From: a bacterium
Lineage (GTDB): Bacteria > Patescibacteriota > Saccharimonadia > CAILAD01 > GCA-016700035
DNA length: 64,000 nucleotides
NCBI GenBank assembly: GCA_016700035.1
Contig: CP064998.1
Location: 59,325 to 123,324, forward strand
Direction of reading: 5' to 3'
A program made the translations under genes and the position numbers. The notes beneath the pieces were generated by a model. That model was given only the letters and a program-made list of their open reading frames with translations. It was not told the DNA's origin and made no database searches. Positions within the stretch are counted from its first letter, which is position 1. Each line of letters starts with the position of its first letter. Positions 1-8,244 of this stretch are shown here, one piece after another.

Positions 1-375
1 AGGAAAGAATTGATAGAATTTTAATTCAACAACATAGTTGGTTTGCTTGCCAAAAGTATTAAAAACCTCCTCGAGAGTTGGTATTTTTTCACCTTTGAAA
101 CGCTTACTAAATTTTATGCCGGCATCAAGTTGCTTGATTTCTTGGAGAGTTTTTGTTGCGACTTGGCCACTTCCAGTAGTTGTTTTATTGAGAGTCGGAT
201 TATGCATGATGATTAGTTTTTTATCGTACGTTAACTGCACGTCTAGCTCGATGGCATCAGCTCTTTGACGGATAGCCTCTTGGAAGGCTGATAGGGTGTT
301 TTCTGGCGCATCGGCAGACGCTCCACGGTGGGCAATTATCATTGGCTGAGTCCGGTGTTTAAAGAAATTATTCAT
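1..375 (-). CDS. glycerophosphodiester phosphodiesterase (GDPD family), N-terminal part only; C-terminus lies outside the window
   Basis: Reverse-strand ORF running off the window edge with ATG at 375. It translates to MNNFFKHRTQPMIIAHRGASADAPENTLSAFQEAIRQRADAIELDVQLTYDKKLIIMHNPTLNKTT, which carries the GDPD HRG..APENT and E.D..LT.D..L...HD/N motifs. It is missing from the ORF track because no stop codon falls inside the window. Confidence 0.75.
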   Translation of the reverse strand, partial: MNNFFKHRTQPMIIAHRGASADAPENTLSAFQEAIRQRADAIELDVQLTYDKKLIIMHNPTLNKTTTGSGQVATKTLQEIKQLDAGIKFSKRFKGEKIPTLEEVFNTFGKQTNYVVELKFYQFFP

Positions 376-435
376 AGCAATAGTATACTGGAGAGTGATA
401 GGGTTTGTTGATAGCATCAAGATAGGAGAGTTAAT

Positions 436-1086
436 TTGGTTGACCGAGATGTAATTTTAGCCGAGCGACAGTTTTTGGTAAAAATTCTGCAGGGACTTAC
501 AAACAAGCAGTGGCGAGGAGATACGCTATGTGCTGGCTGGACAGTGGAGGATTTGGCGGCGCATCTGATTGTACGCGAAAGAGGTTCGATACTGGCGCGA
601 GCTGGTATTATGTTGCCTTTTTTACACGACTATCATGATGGGGCTATCAAGAATATGAAGCAAATGAGTCATGTTGATATGATTGAGCGATTGAGTCATC
701 CGCCTGGCTGGGTGAAACGTTTGTCTTATAATGTGGTGGAATTTTATGTTCATAATGAAGATATTTTGCGTGGCGATCTGAAACAGGCACGGGTACCGAG
801 CGATGAGCTGGAATGGGCTTTGTCAGGCTTTGTTATGCAGTTGGGGCGGTTTGCGTTTCGTCGAGTGGAGGGCGGTTTTTGGTTGATTATTCATGATGAA
901 AGTTCTGGTAGTGTGCATGAGTGGCAAGTTGGTAAGAAGTCACAGAATATGCCTGAGCTCGATATTTCGGCTCCAGTCGGGGAGTTGACACTGTTGTTTA
1001 TGGGGCGAGGCAGGCATGCACGGGTGGATGTGCGTGGTAGTGAGGAGGCTAAGCGGCTGTATCGATTGGCTGATGTAGGGGTTTAA
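436..1086 (+). CDS. DinB_2 / mycothiol-maleylpyruvate-isomerase N-terminal domain family protein (TIGR03083-like, actinobacterial type)
   Basis: 216 aa ORF. The N-terminal LTNKQWRGDTLCAGWTVEDLAAHL resembles the MDMPI_N/DinB_2 signature. The locus is GC-rich by eye. Confidence 0.5.
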   Translation: MVDRDVILAERQFLVKILQGLTNKQWRGDTLCAGWTVEDLAAHLIVRERGSILARAGIMLPFLHDYHDGAIKNMKQMSHVDMIERLSHPPGWVKRLSYNVVEFYVHNEDILRGDLKQARVPSDELEWALSGFVMQLGRFAFRRVEGGFWLIIHDESSGSVHEWQVGKKSQNMPELDISAPVGELTLLFMGRGRHARVDVRGSEEAKRLYRLADVGV

Positions 1087-1156
1087 TGTCTTGCAATTTT
1101 GACAGATTTTTAGTATGATTTTATTTCTGTACCTCAATAGATGAAAGAGAGAAAAC

Positions 1157-1657
1157 TTGCATTACGAACCTGATAGAGATGAGTCCTCGAGTCGAGCGGC
1201 TCATCCGTCTGGCCAGGGTAACTTCCCTTGCGAATTTCATGTTTATGGCATGAATGGTGTTCAGGCGCGCATTACGCCAAGGCTTGATTTTGAGCGGGGG
1301 ACCTTCTGGTTGTCAATCCAGTCCGACGGTAGAACAATACCGTTTGATGCTGGATCGATTGATGAACTGATCGGTGTCATGGAGGCACAGATCCAGCAGG
1401 AACTCGGCTATCGACAGCATAACTTTGCCTTTCGGGGATCGACGCTCAGCGTGTTCCCATTGAGTCGCGGTTCCGACCAGACTCGCTGTGTCGGGATTAT
1501 GCTGGGAGGATCGACGCTACACTTGGATATGGAGGGGGTTGCCAGTCTGAGTGCTGAGCTGAGGCGGGTACGTAATGGCTTGGAAGTGCATGCTTCAACG
1601 CGAGGCATGCGACCGCCATCACGTCAGCTTCATTTGGTTGCAACATCCGAAACCTGA
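1157..1657 (+). CDS. hypothetical protein (start uncertain: TTG at 1157 or ATG at 1247)
   Basis: 166 aa ORF in a GC-rich patch with a purine-rich stretch upstream. No recognisable motifs. Confidence 0.4.
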   Translation: MHYEPDRDESSSRAAHPSGQGNFPCEFHVYGMNGVQARITPRLDFERGTFWLSIQSDGRTIPFDAGSIDELIGVMEAQIQQELGYRQHNFAFRGSTLSVFPLSRGSDQTRCVGIMLGGSTLHLDMEGVASLSAELRRVRNGLEVHASTRGMRPPSRQLHLVATSET

Positions 1658-1674
1658 AGAAAAAGGAGCTAACC

Positions 1675-1989
1675 ATGCGAGAACCTGATACTGATACCGG
1701 TTGGCAGCATCTGTTGACGCTGTGCGATGCAGATGATTGTTGCCCGCAAGTTTTCTATCACGAGAGTGCGCCAGTCGACTACAGTGTCCGGGTTGAGGAT
1801 GACTATGGGAATGTGGTCTTTTTCAGTCCGGGTGAGTTGTTGGAGGCTCGGCTGATTCCGATGGAGGATGGACCAGAGGCTTGGGCGCTACGTGATTGCT
1901 TCGGTAATGAGGCTTACATGACGCCCGATCAGCTGGCCGTCCTGCATACTGCGGACAATCTTCAGCTCATCGGAGATTTGCATAGCTAG
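1675..1989 (+). CDS. hypothetical protein
   Basis: 104 aa ORF with a good SD (aaaaggagctaacc ATG), same strand and GC-rich context as the two preceding genes. No recognisable motifs. Confidence 0.5.
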   Translation: MREPDTDTGWQHLLTLCDADDCCPQVFYHESAPVDYSVRVEDDYGNVVFFSPGELLEARLIPMEDGPEAWALRDCFGNEAYMTPDQLAVLHTADNLQLIGDLHS

Positions 1990-2066
1990 AGCTTAAGCTG
2001 TGCACTAACCTTCCAGACTTTGTCTGGAGGGTATTTTTTATATCTAGTCCATACTAGAATAAGGGC

Positions 2067-2786
2067 ATGGTTGTAGCTCAAGATTTTATTGATGCACTGT
2101 CACGAGTGGGTGATCCGGTTCGCGCTGAGCATTCATTGCGGTTTTTTAAGACGGGACCCGGTGAATACGGCGAAGGGGATAGGTTTTTTGGAGTAACTGT
2201 GCCAAATACTCGTAAATTGGTCGCTCAGTATAAGGTGCTACCACTTACGGAAATACAAAAACTCTTAGTCAGCGAGTGGCATGAGGCACGATTGGGTGGA
2301 TGTTTAATTTTGGTGGCTCAGTTTGAGCGGGGTGATTTGACTCGCCAACAGGAGATTTATAATTTTTATTTAAAGAATGCTCGGCGAATAAATAACTGGG
2401 ATTTGGTGGATAGTTCGGCGCCAAATATTGTTGGGACTTGGTTAGTCGGTACTGGTAATTGGAGCGTATTAAATCAGCTTGCGATTTCTGAAAATATTTG
2501 GGAGCGTCGCATTGCAATGCTGGCAACATTTGCTTTTATTCGCAATGGAAATTCGGAACCAACTTATGAGATTGCTGAGATTTTATTAGGTGATGAGCAT
2601 GATTTGATACATAAGGCAGTTGGCTGGATGTTGCGTGAAGCTGGGAAGCGAGTGAGCGAGACAGAGCTAGAGCTATGGATGCAGGAGGATGGTAGATATA
2701 AGATTATGCCTCGGACGATGTTGCGTTATGCAATAGAGCGCCTGCCGGAAGTTACGCGAAAAAGCTATTTAGTAGGTGAAAAGTAA
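2067..2786 (+). CDS. DNA alkylation repair protein (AlkD/AlkC-like HEAT-repeat glycosylase family)
   Basis: The N-terminal RFFKTGPGEYGEGDRFFGVTVPNTRKLVAQY matches the DNA_alkylation family signature. The ORF is 239 aa. Confidence 0.65.
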   Translation: MVVAQDFIDALSRVGDPVRAEHSLRFFKTGPGEYGEGDRFFGVTVPNTRKLVAQYKVLPLTEIQKLLVSEWHEARLGGCLILVAQFERGDLTRQQEIYNFYLKNARRINNWDLVDSSAPNIVGTWLVGTGNWSVLNQLAISENIWERRIAMLATFAFIRNGNSEPTYEIAEILLGDEHDLIHKAVGWMLREAGKRVSETELELWMQEDGRYKIMPRTMLRYAIERLPEVTRKSYLVGEK

Positions 2787-2873
2787 AAAGCCCGAACAAA
2801 TTGTCCGGACCACTCCCTTGTCTCGAGTACATACTTAGACTATCAGGTTTGATTGATAATCCCAAGCATAGAC

Positions 2874-4082
2874 TTATTCATCGAAATAAAAGCGTTCATC
2901 GGCTAGTTCGTCTGGTAAAAAGCCGTTTGGCGCCTGAAAGTCAGCCTTCCACTGATAGCTTTTGCCATAGCCGAGCTCTTTCATTAGTTTGGTGGGGGCG
3001 TTACGTAGACCAAGCGGTACTTGGGCGGTTGGATTATTCTGGACGGCTTTTTTAGCTCGGCTCATAGCATCTGCCACTGAGCGACTTTTTGGTGATTTAG
3101 CTAAGGTAATAGTGGTGTGGGCCAGCGCGTACTCACCCTCTGGCAAGCCAATCCGTTCTATAGCCTGAAAGCAACTAACAGCCAGATTGAGCGCAGCCGG
3201 AGCAGCCATACCAATATCTTCTGAAGCAAGAATGATTAGGCGACGCGCGATAAACTTAGGGTCTTCACCGGCTTCAAGCATACGAAACAAGTAAAAAAGT
3301 GCAGCATCTACATGGCTGCCGCGGATAGATTTTATAAAGGCCGAGATAAGATTGTAGTGGTATTCGCCGGTTTTATCATAGCTGAGGACAAGTGTTTGCA
3401 TGGCTTGCTTAACTGTTTCGGGGGTGATGTGGGCTGGCGAGACTTGGATGGCACTCTCCAGCCCACCAAGTGCCGACCGCGCATCTCCAGCTGCTAGCTC
3501 AGCTAAAAGATCAAGCGCTGACTTATCAACTTTGGTGGTTGGATAGTTTTTTAAGGCTCGTCGAAGTAGTTTGATAAGTTCAGTTTTGGGGATTGCCTCC
3601 AAGACAACAACTCGGCTCCGCGATAATAACGGCGCAATTACCTCAAAACTAGGATTCTCGGTAGTGGCCCCTATAAAAGTAATGGTTCCATTTTCGATAT
3701 GGGGTAAGAAAGCATCTTGCTGGGCTTTGTTAAAACGATGAATTTCATCAACAAAAAGGATGGTTTGCGTGCCTAGCCGTTGCATGGCCTTGGCGTCTTC
3801 AATAACATGCATAACATCGGCCTTTGTGGCGGTAACGGCGGAGATTTCGACAAAATGGTAATTGCCAGACCGAGCCAGAATGCGAGCTAGGGTAGTTTTA
3901 CCACAGCCGGGAGGTCCCCAAAAGATGAGTGAAGATACCTGACCGGACTCTATAAGTTGGCGTATAAAACTACCCTTACTAATGACAGCTTCTTGGCCAA
4001 CCATCTCTTTCAGATTTTGGGGGCGAAGTCGATCGGCCAAGGGGCGAAACTCAATTTTTTTATGAGAGTTATCCTGAGGCAT
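2874..4082 (-). CDS. rarA: replication-associated recombination protein A (RarA/MgsA AAA+ ATPase)
   Basis: Walker A GPPGCGKTTLARILA, Walker B ILFVDEIHRFNKAQQD and the MgsA C-terminal helical domains are present. The ORF is 402 aa. Confidence 0.9.
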   Translation of the reverse strand: MPQDNSHKKIEFRPLADRLRPQNLKEMVGQEAVISKGSFIRQLIESGQVSSLIFWGPPGCGKTTLARILARSGNYHFVEISAVTATKADVMHVIEDAKAMQRLGTQTILFVDEIHRFNKAQQDAFLPHIENGTITFIGATTENPSFEVIAPLLSRSRVVVLEAIPKTELIKLLRRALKNYPTTKVDKSALDLLAELAAGDARSALGGLESAIQVSPAHITPETVKQAMQTLVLSYDKTGEYHYNLISAFIKSIRGSHVDAALFYLFRMLEAGEDPKFIARRLIILASEDIGMAAPAALNLAVSCFQAIERIGLPEGEYALAHTTITLAKSPKSRSVADAMSRAKKAVQNNPTAQVPLGLRNAPTKLMKELGYGKSYQWKADFQAPNGFLPDELADERFYFDE

Positions 4083-4200
4083 AAATATATTATATCAGGT
4101 AACAACGAAGAAATTGCGAACACTGGAGCTTGTTATTGGATTCCTTTATTATAGAGGTATGACTTTTTATCAGCGCCAACAATCTGGAGGGATTATCGTA

Positions 4201-4326
4201 ATGGCTTTAGTTGTAATGCTGATGATTGCAATGGTGGCGGCTCTTATTTGGTATGCATTTAATGGTGGTAAACAGGCCACTACTCCAAGATCCACTCCAG
4301 CTGAAACAGTGATTCCAATCGACTAG
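4201..4326 (+). CDS. putative 41-aa single-TM small protein
   Basis: ATG preceded by GGAGGG at 9 nt spacing. The peptide MALVVMLMIAMVAALIWYAFNGG... is strongly hydrophobic. It is the 3' part of a longer 70-aa track ORF. Coding status is unproven. Confidence 0.3.
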   Translation: MALVVMLMIAMVAALIWYAFNGGKQATTPRSTPAETVIPID

Positions 4327-5717
4327 TTATTGCGCCGATTGCTTGAGCTACTTGGTGAGGTAGATGGAGTTGGGGCTGGAAGGTAATTACCGTAGTCGGA
4401 TCCGATGATGATAACAAAATCTTGAGCTGGGTTCTTGACCTCTTTTTCGGGGGTTGTGGCGGTGACTTTAAGGACTCCTTCTAGATATGATTTAGTATTA
4501 TTCTTCGCGCCACCAGTGTAGTCGATAATTTGCGTGGTGGCGTGATCGCGCTTAAGAGCATTGGTTACTTGGGTGATGGTAAATGGTAGCTTTTCTTTAT
4601 TGAGCTTGGTTTCAAGTTTTCCACCGAGGCCTGCCGTTGATGTGCCATTTTGAATAACGATGGTAGCATTTTCTTTCCAGATGGGACCGAGCCGGAAAAT
4701 ATCTTGTGCGAAAGTTTGGATAGAAGCAAGGGTTGAGTCGACCGGTAAAAGATCACTCGATCCGGCTGGGTCTGGCTCCAGAAATCCATTTGGCTCAAAC
4801 GAGAATACAGCATTAATAATTTGATCATCGGCAATATCTTTAGTGAGGTCATTGAGGCGTAACATACCTTGAACCGACATATCAGTTTTAACATTATCAC
4901 CAGCGGTTTGAATGAGAGCGGTGAGTTTTGCAGGATTTAAGATGGTCTCAGTACTCATGGCTTTAGTGCGGATGGCGGTGATTACCTCTTGCTGCCTGGT
5001 GGCTCGGCCAAAATCATCACCACAAGTACCTTTGCGACAACGAGCGTATTTGAGGGCGGTTGCGCCATCAACCTTTTGCCGACCAGGCTGAAGCTTAAAG
5101 CCACAGCTTTTCCATTGGTTTTTATCGCAGGGATATTCGGGGTCATGCAATAGGTATTGATTGTCTATTTCAATTCCACCAACAGCATCAACAGCTTGTT
5201 TGAGGCCAGTAAAGTTGGCGCGAACATAGTAATGCACGGGCACATCTAGAAAATCTTCAACAGTTTGAGTAGCGAGTGGAATATCGCCGTAGGAGTTGGC
5301 AGTATTAATTTTTTGATAACCATGGCCCTTAACTTTTACTCGAGTATCACGCGGTATGGAGATCATCGCGAGCTTTTTTTCACGCGTATTGACACTCAGT
5401 AAAATATTGGTGTCCGCTAGCCCCTCGCCATCGTGGCCGGGGTCGCCGGTGCCAAGTAGGAGGATATTGACTCGACCCTCGTCTTCACCCTTGAGCTTAG
5501 ATTCAAATTTAAAGAAATTTGGGGCGATTTTAGCAATATTCTTAAATGCAAATAAGCCAAAAATTACTAATATAACAGTAAAAATACAGCCCAATACGAG
5601 TAGGACTTTTTTCCATCGCGACATGGGCTCTTTTTTGCGTCCTACAACTTTTTTCAAATTGTGGCGTTTGTCGCTGATGGGGTCGTAGATAAAATCTGGC
5701 GGTGGTTGCTTTTGCAT
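4323..5717 (-). CDS. LCP family (LytR-CpsA-Psr) cell-wall glycopolymer transferase
   Basis: N-terminal TM anchor followed by the LCP core (ILLLGTGD...ADTNILLSVN...ISIPRDT...VNYYV) and a LytR_C-like tail. The ORF is 464 aa. Confidence 0.85.
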   Translation of the reverse strand: MQKQPPPDFIYDPISDKRHNLKKVVGRKKEPMSRWKKVLLVLGCIFTVILVIFGLFAFKNIAKIAPNFFKFESKLKGEDEGRVNILLLGTGDPGHDGEGLADTNILLSVNTREKKLAMISIPRDTRVKVKGHGYQKINTANSYGDIPLATQTVEDFLDVPVHYYVRANFTGLKQAVDAVGGIEIDNQYLLHDPEYPCDKNQWKSCGFKLQPGRQKVDGATALKYARCRKGTCGDDFGRATRQQEVITAIRTKAMSTETILNPAKLTALIQTAGDNVKTDMSVQGMLRLNDLTKDIADDQIINAVFSFEPNGFLEPDPAGSSDLLPVDSTLASIQTFAQDIFRLGPIWKENATIVIQNGTSTAGLGGKLETKLNKEKLPFTITQVTNALKRDHATTQIIDYTGGAKNNTKSYLEGVLKVTATTPEKEVKNPAQDFVIIIGSDYGNYLPAPTPSTSPSSSSNRRNN

Positions 5718-5826
5718 ATTAATAGAAACTGGAGTAGTTTAAGCTAATTTGCTACAGAATGCAATCCAGCCTTTTTATTATAACGCGAACTATGGTGTGG
5801 TTATCCAGAAAATTTAGTGTGACTTT

Positions 5827-6405
5827 TTATAATCCTAGGGCCTGCGCTACGTCTTGCACACAAGCGCCTAGTTTATCATTAATGATGATGCTGAAATTTG
5901 GCTGTTGTGATTGAGTATTGGCCCAGGCTCGTTCTTTGGCGACTTCAGCCAGACGTTCGTCTAGAAGTTCTGGATTAATATTGGGTTGACGGTTTAGAAT
6001 GCGCTCCTTTTGGGCCTGAGTATTAGGAAAATCTAAGAAAATCACCCGTACGGTATAACCAAGTTGGCGATAATTTTCGACACCCCGCGGATCAACTGTT
6101 ATGATGGGTGTTTTACCAGACAGGATAGCATCTTCTAGGGAATGAGCTAAGGTACCGTAGGCTTCACCGTAAATCTGGGTGTCTTCAGCTAGCTGTCCGG
6201 ATTGCTTCAGCCAACTAAAGCGTACTTGATCTACAAAATAGTATTGTTTACCAAATAGCTCTTTTGGTCTAGCTGGCCAACGAGTAGTTACGCTGATGAT
6301 TTGTGTTAGCGAGCGGTATTGACGGACGAGCTCAGCAATAACAGCATTTTTACCGACTCCTGAACTACCAGTAATTAGAAAAATAGGCTTATGAAGACTT
6401 GGCAA
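5827..6405 (-). CDS. gmk: guanylate kinase
   Basis: P-loop ITGSSGVGK, then SVTTRWPARPKE..YYFV and IYGEAYGT, aligns with the Gmk STTR.PR and YGT motifs. The ORF is 192 aa. Confidence 0.8.
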   Translation of the reverse strand: MPSLHKPIFLITGSSGVGKNAVIAELVRQYRSLTQIISVTTRWPARPKELFGKQYYFVDQVRFSWLKQSGQLAEDTQIYGEAYGTLAHSLEDAILSGKTPIITVDPRGVENYRQLGYTVRVIFLDFPNTQAQKERILNRQPNINPELLDERLAEVAKERAWANTQSQQPNFSIIINDKLGACVQDVAQALGL

Positions 6406-6456
6406 TGAATTCTCCCCTTAAATTACTTAATAGCATAACATATTTCATAATATATA

Positions 6457-6485
6457 TTGACAGTAGTAATAATTAGTGTTTAAAT
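6457..6485 (+). promoter_or_regulatory. sigma-70-like promoter TTGACA-17-TTAAAT immediately upstream of a small ORF
   Basis: TTGACA at 6457-6462, a 17-nt spacer, then TTAAAT at 6480-6485. The ATG codons at 6486 and 6495 imply a leaderless or very short-leader transcript. Confidence 0.4.
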
Positions 6486-6630
6486 ATGATTATTATGAAT
6501 AATTTACTCAATCACATGATTGGCTATCCGACCTATTCGGCTGATGATAAATCAGCTGGGTTTGCTCACGCACTCAAAATTTCCTGGAGTCTGGTGCTCG
6601 AATAAAATAATTTTTCTTTTCAAGTAACTG

Positions 6631-6657
6631 GCCTCCGAAAGGAGGCAATTTTATTTT
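6631..6657 (+). terminator. intrinsic terminator (perfect GCCUCC-GAAA-GGAGGC hairpin plus U-tract)
   Basis: gcctcc gaaa ggaggc followed by aattttatttt. It lies 26 nt after the stop of the 6486-6605 small ORF. Confidence 0.6.
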
Positions 6658-6741
6658 AAAACCACCGAACTTCGGAGCTCAATTACTCGACAAGAAACCA
6701 CTTGTCGAGCGTACCTTACCCAGAAGAGAGAAGAGGATGTC

Positions 6742-7389
6742 ATGGCATTTGGTTGTCAGATGAGTGTCAGTCTTGACGATGGCCGTACGGTTGAGCTGAA
6801 GCCCTTTACGCGCGAAGATGTGTCTGATGCGGTAGGTGGCATGCAGCGCTATTCGAATTTGAAGTGGCTCTCAACTAACCATGCCCAGACCATCGAATCC
6901 GAACAGGCTTGGTATGATCATATCGCCAGCTCGACCGATGAAGTCATCTTTGGTGTGCATATCGATAACCAGTTGATTGGAAGTTTTGGCTTGCATCGCA
7001 TTGCTGATCGGCGAGGAACGGCTGGTGCCGTGATGTTCTCGCGTGATCATCAGGAAATGGGTATTGGCACGGCGGTGACACGAGCTGGTCTCTACTACGC
7101 TGTGCAGGTGCTTGATATGGTTGCGATTGACTCGGCTGTTCTGTCGATGAATGTGCGGTCCTTGAGTATGCAGGAGTCGGCTGGTTTTGTGGTGACGGGA
7201 CGCAAGTTGCGTTGTCACATTGTCGATGGTCGTCCCTGTGATGAGCTCATCATGGTTTGGATTAACCCGAATCGACACACTTGGCAGTACATCTGGAGGA
7301 ATACTAGTGAAGGCAAGCAGTTTGTCGAGGCACGTAAGCGAGCCTGGAGTGTCCTGAGTTGGGCTGAAGAGCACGTTACACTTCTCTAA
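6742..7389 (+). CDS. GNAT family N-acetyltransferase
   Basis: 215 aa, GC-rich. The central region HQEMGIGTAVTRAGLYYAV is typical of the GNAT acetyl-CoA binding motif A region (Q/R-x-x-G-x-G/A). SD aagagga lies 5 nt upstream. Confidence 0.6.
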   Translation: MAFGCQMSVSLDDGRTVELKPFTREDVSDAVGGMQRYSNLKWLSTNHAQTIESEQAWYDHIASSTDEVIFGVHIDNQLIGSFGLHRIADRRGTAGAVMFSRDHQEMGIGTAVTRAGLYYAVQVLDMVAIDSAVLSMNVRSLSMQESAGFVVTGRKLRCHIVDGRPCDELIMVWINPNRHTWQYIWRNTSEGKQFVEARKRAWSVLSWAEEHVTLL

Positions 7390-7408
7390 TCTCTTGATGA
7401 GTATCTTA

Positions 7409-7445
7409 CGGTCAGGTTTTATGCACCTGGCCGTTTTTCATTTTG
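7409..7445 (+). terminator. intrinsic terminator after the GNAT gene
   Basis: cggtcagg / cctggccg forms an 8-bp stem with one GU pair, followed by tttttcatttt. Confidence 0.55.
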
Positions 7446-7543
7446 AATTAGGTTGCGTTTTAAGAGTGATAATGAATGCTGCTAGCTTTGGTAATAGGAA
7501 TATTCTGGAATGCTGGTGATGATGGGGTTACAATAAGAAAAGT

Positions 7544-7795
7544 ATGAAGTCCGAAGATAAAGTTTGGTTTAAGAAGCGCTCACATGGGCCTGGTTGGCTA
7601 CCTAAGAACTGGCTTGGCTGGCTGATAGTATTTGTGTGGCTGATGTTTGTTACTGGTGGTATATCGTGGCTTAACCTGGTATTTGAAAATGTTTGGTTGG
7701 CAATGGCTGTTTCAGTTGTTTGGTGTGGTTTCATGCTGGGCGTTCTGTCTGCGGTGGCACATTTAAAAAGTGGTAAGCCAAAAGATATGGAATAG
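7544..7795 (+). CDS. small membrane protein (2 predicted TM helices), hypothetical
   Basis: 83 aa with Trp-rich hydrophobic segments. Confidence 0.4.
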   Translation: MKSEDKVWFKKRSHGPGWLPKNWLGWLIVFVWLMFVTGGISWLNLVFENVWLAMAVSVVWCGFMLGVLSAVAHLKSGKPKDME

Positions 7796-7812
7796 TTAGT
7801 AAAAGATTATCT

Positions 7813-8244
7813 ATGAGGCTAGTGCTTTTTGTTCATTTAGTGGCTTTTGCGGTCGGCTTTGGCTCGGTGATGCTGGTTGATATTACTGGTGCATTGTGGG
7901 CGATTGGTAGAACCCAAAAAGACCTGGTAGTAAGAGTGGGTGCCATAGCTCAATGGGTAATATGGGCGAGTGTTGCCTTGTTGGTGATTAGTGGATTGGT
8001 GTTATTGCCCGACAATATCACCACACAACTCAAAATTAAGCTAGTGGCGGTAGGGATATTGGTTATTAATGGCTTTTTACTAGCTGGATTACACAAGGCT
8101 ACAGAGGCGGCCCACCAAGATAAATTTATTGAACTGCCACATAGTTTACAGTTGCGGAGTATTATTCTGATCTCGGTCTCTCAGATGATGTGGTGGACAG
8201 CAATGTTTATTGGGTTTTTATCTAGCTTTGGTTACGTTTTGTAG
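7813..8244 (+). CDS. membrane protein (about 4 TM helices), hypothetical
   Basis: 143 aa, strongly hydrophobic, with SD-like context. Confidence 0.45.
   Translation: MRLVLFVHLVAFAVGFGSVMLVDITGALWAIGRTQKDLVVRVGAIAQWVIWASVALLVISGLVLLPDNITTQLKIKLVAVGILVINGFLLAGLHKATEAAHQDKFIELPHSLQLRSIILISVSQMMWWTAMFIGFLSSFGYVL

Noticed and set aside
940-1137. Antisense or alternative-frame ORFs of 60-110 aa inside longer genes. Examples: 940-1137, 1408-1608, 2269-2529, 3312-3497, 4565-4900, 5356-5688, 6871-7374, 11766-12092, 12468-12719, 13428-13724, 14835-15143, 15867-16133, 26049-26543, 27695-28110, 33498-33980, 41631-42267, 46145-46912, 50043-51735, 58328-58986, 59726-60196, 60897-61470, 62904-63122.
   Set aside because: They lie wholly within, and out of frame with or antisense to, longer ORFs that have clear homology or motifs. 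Their composition is not protein-like and they have no RBS.
2787-2873. Terminator between convergent alkD-like and rarA genes
   Set aside because: ccgaacaaattgtccgg forms only an imperfect 7-bp hairpin with one mismatch and no adjacent T-tract on either strand. This is too weak to call.
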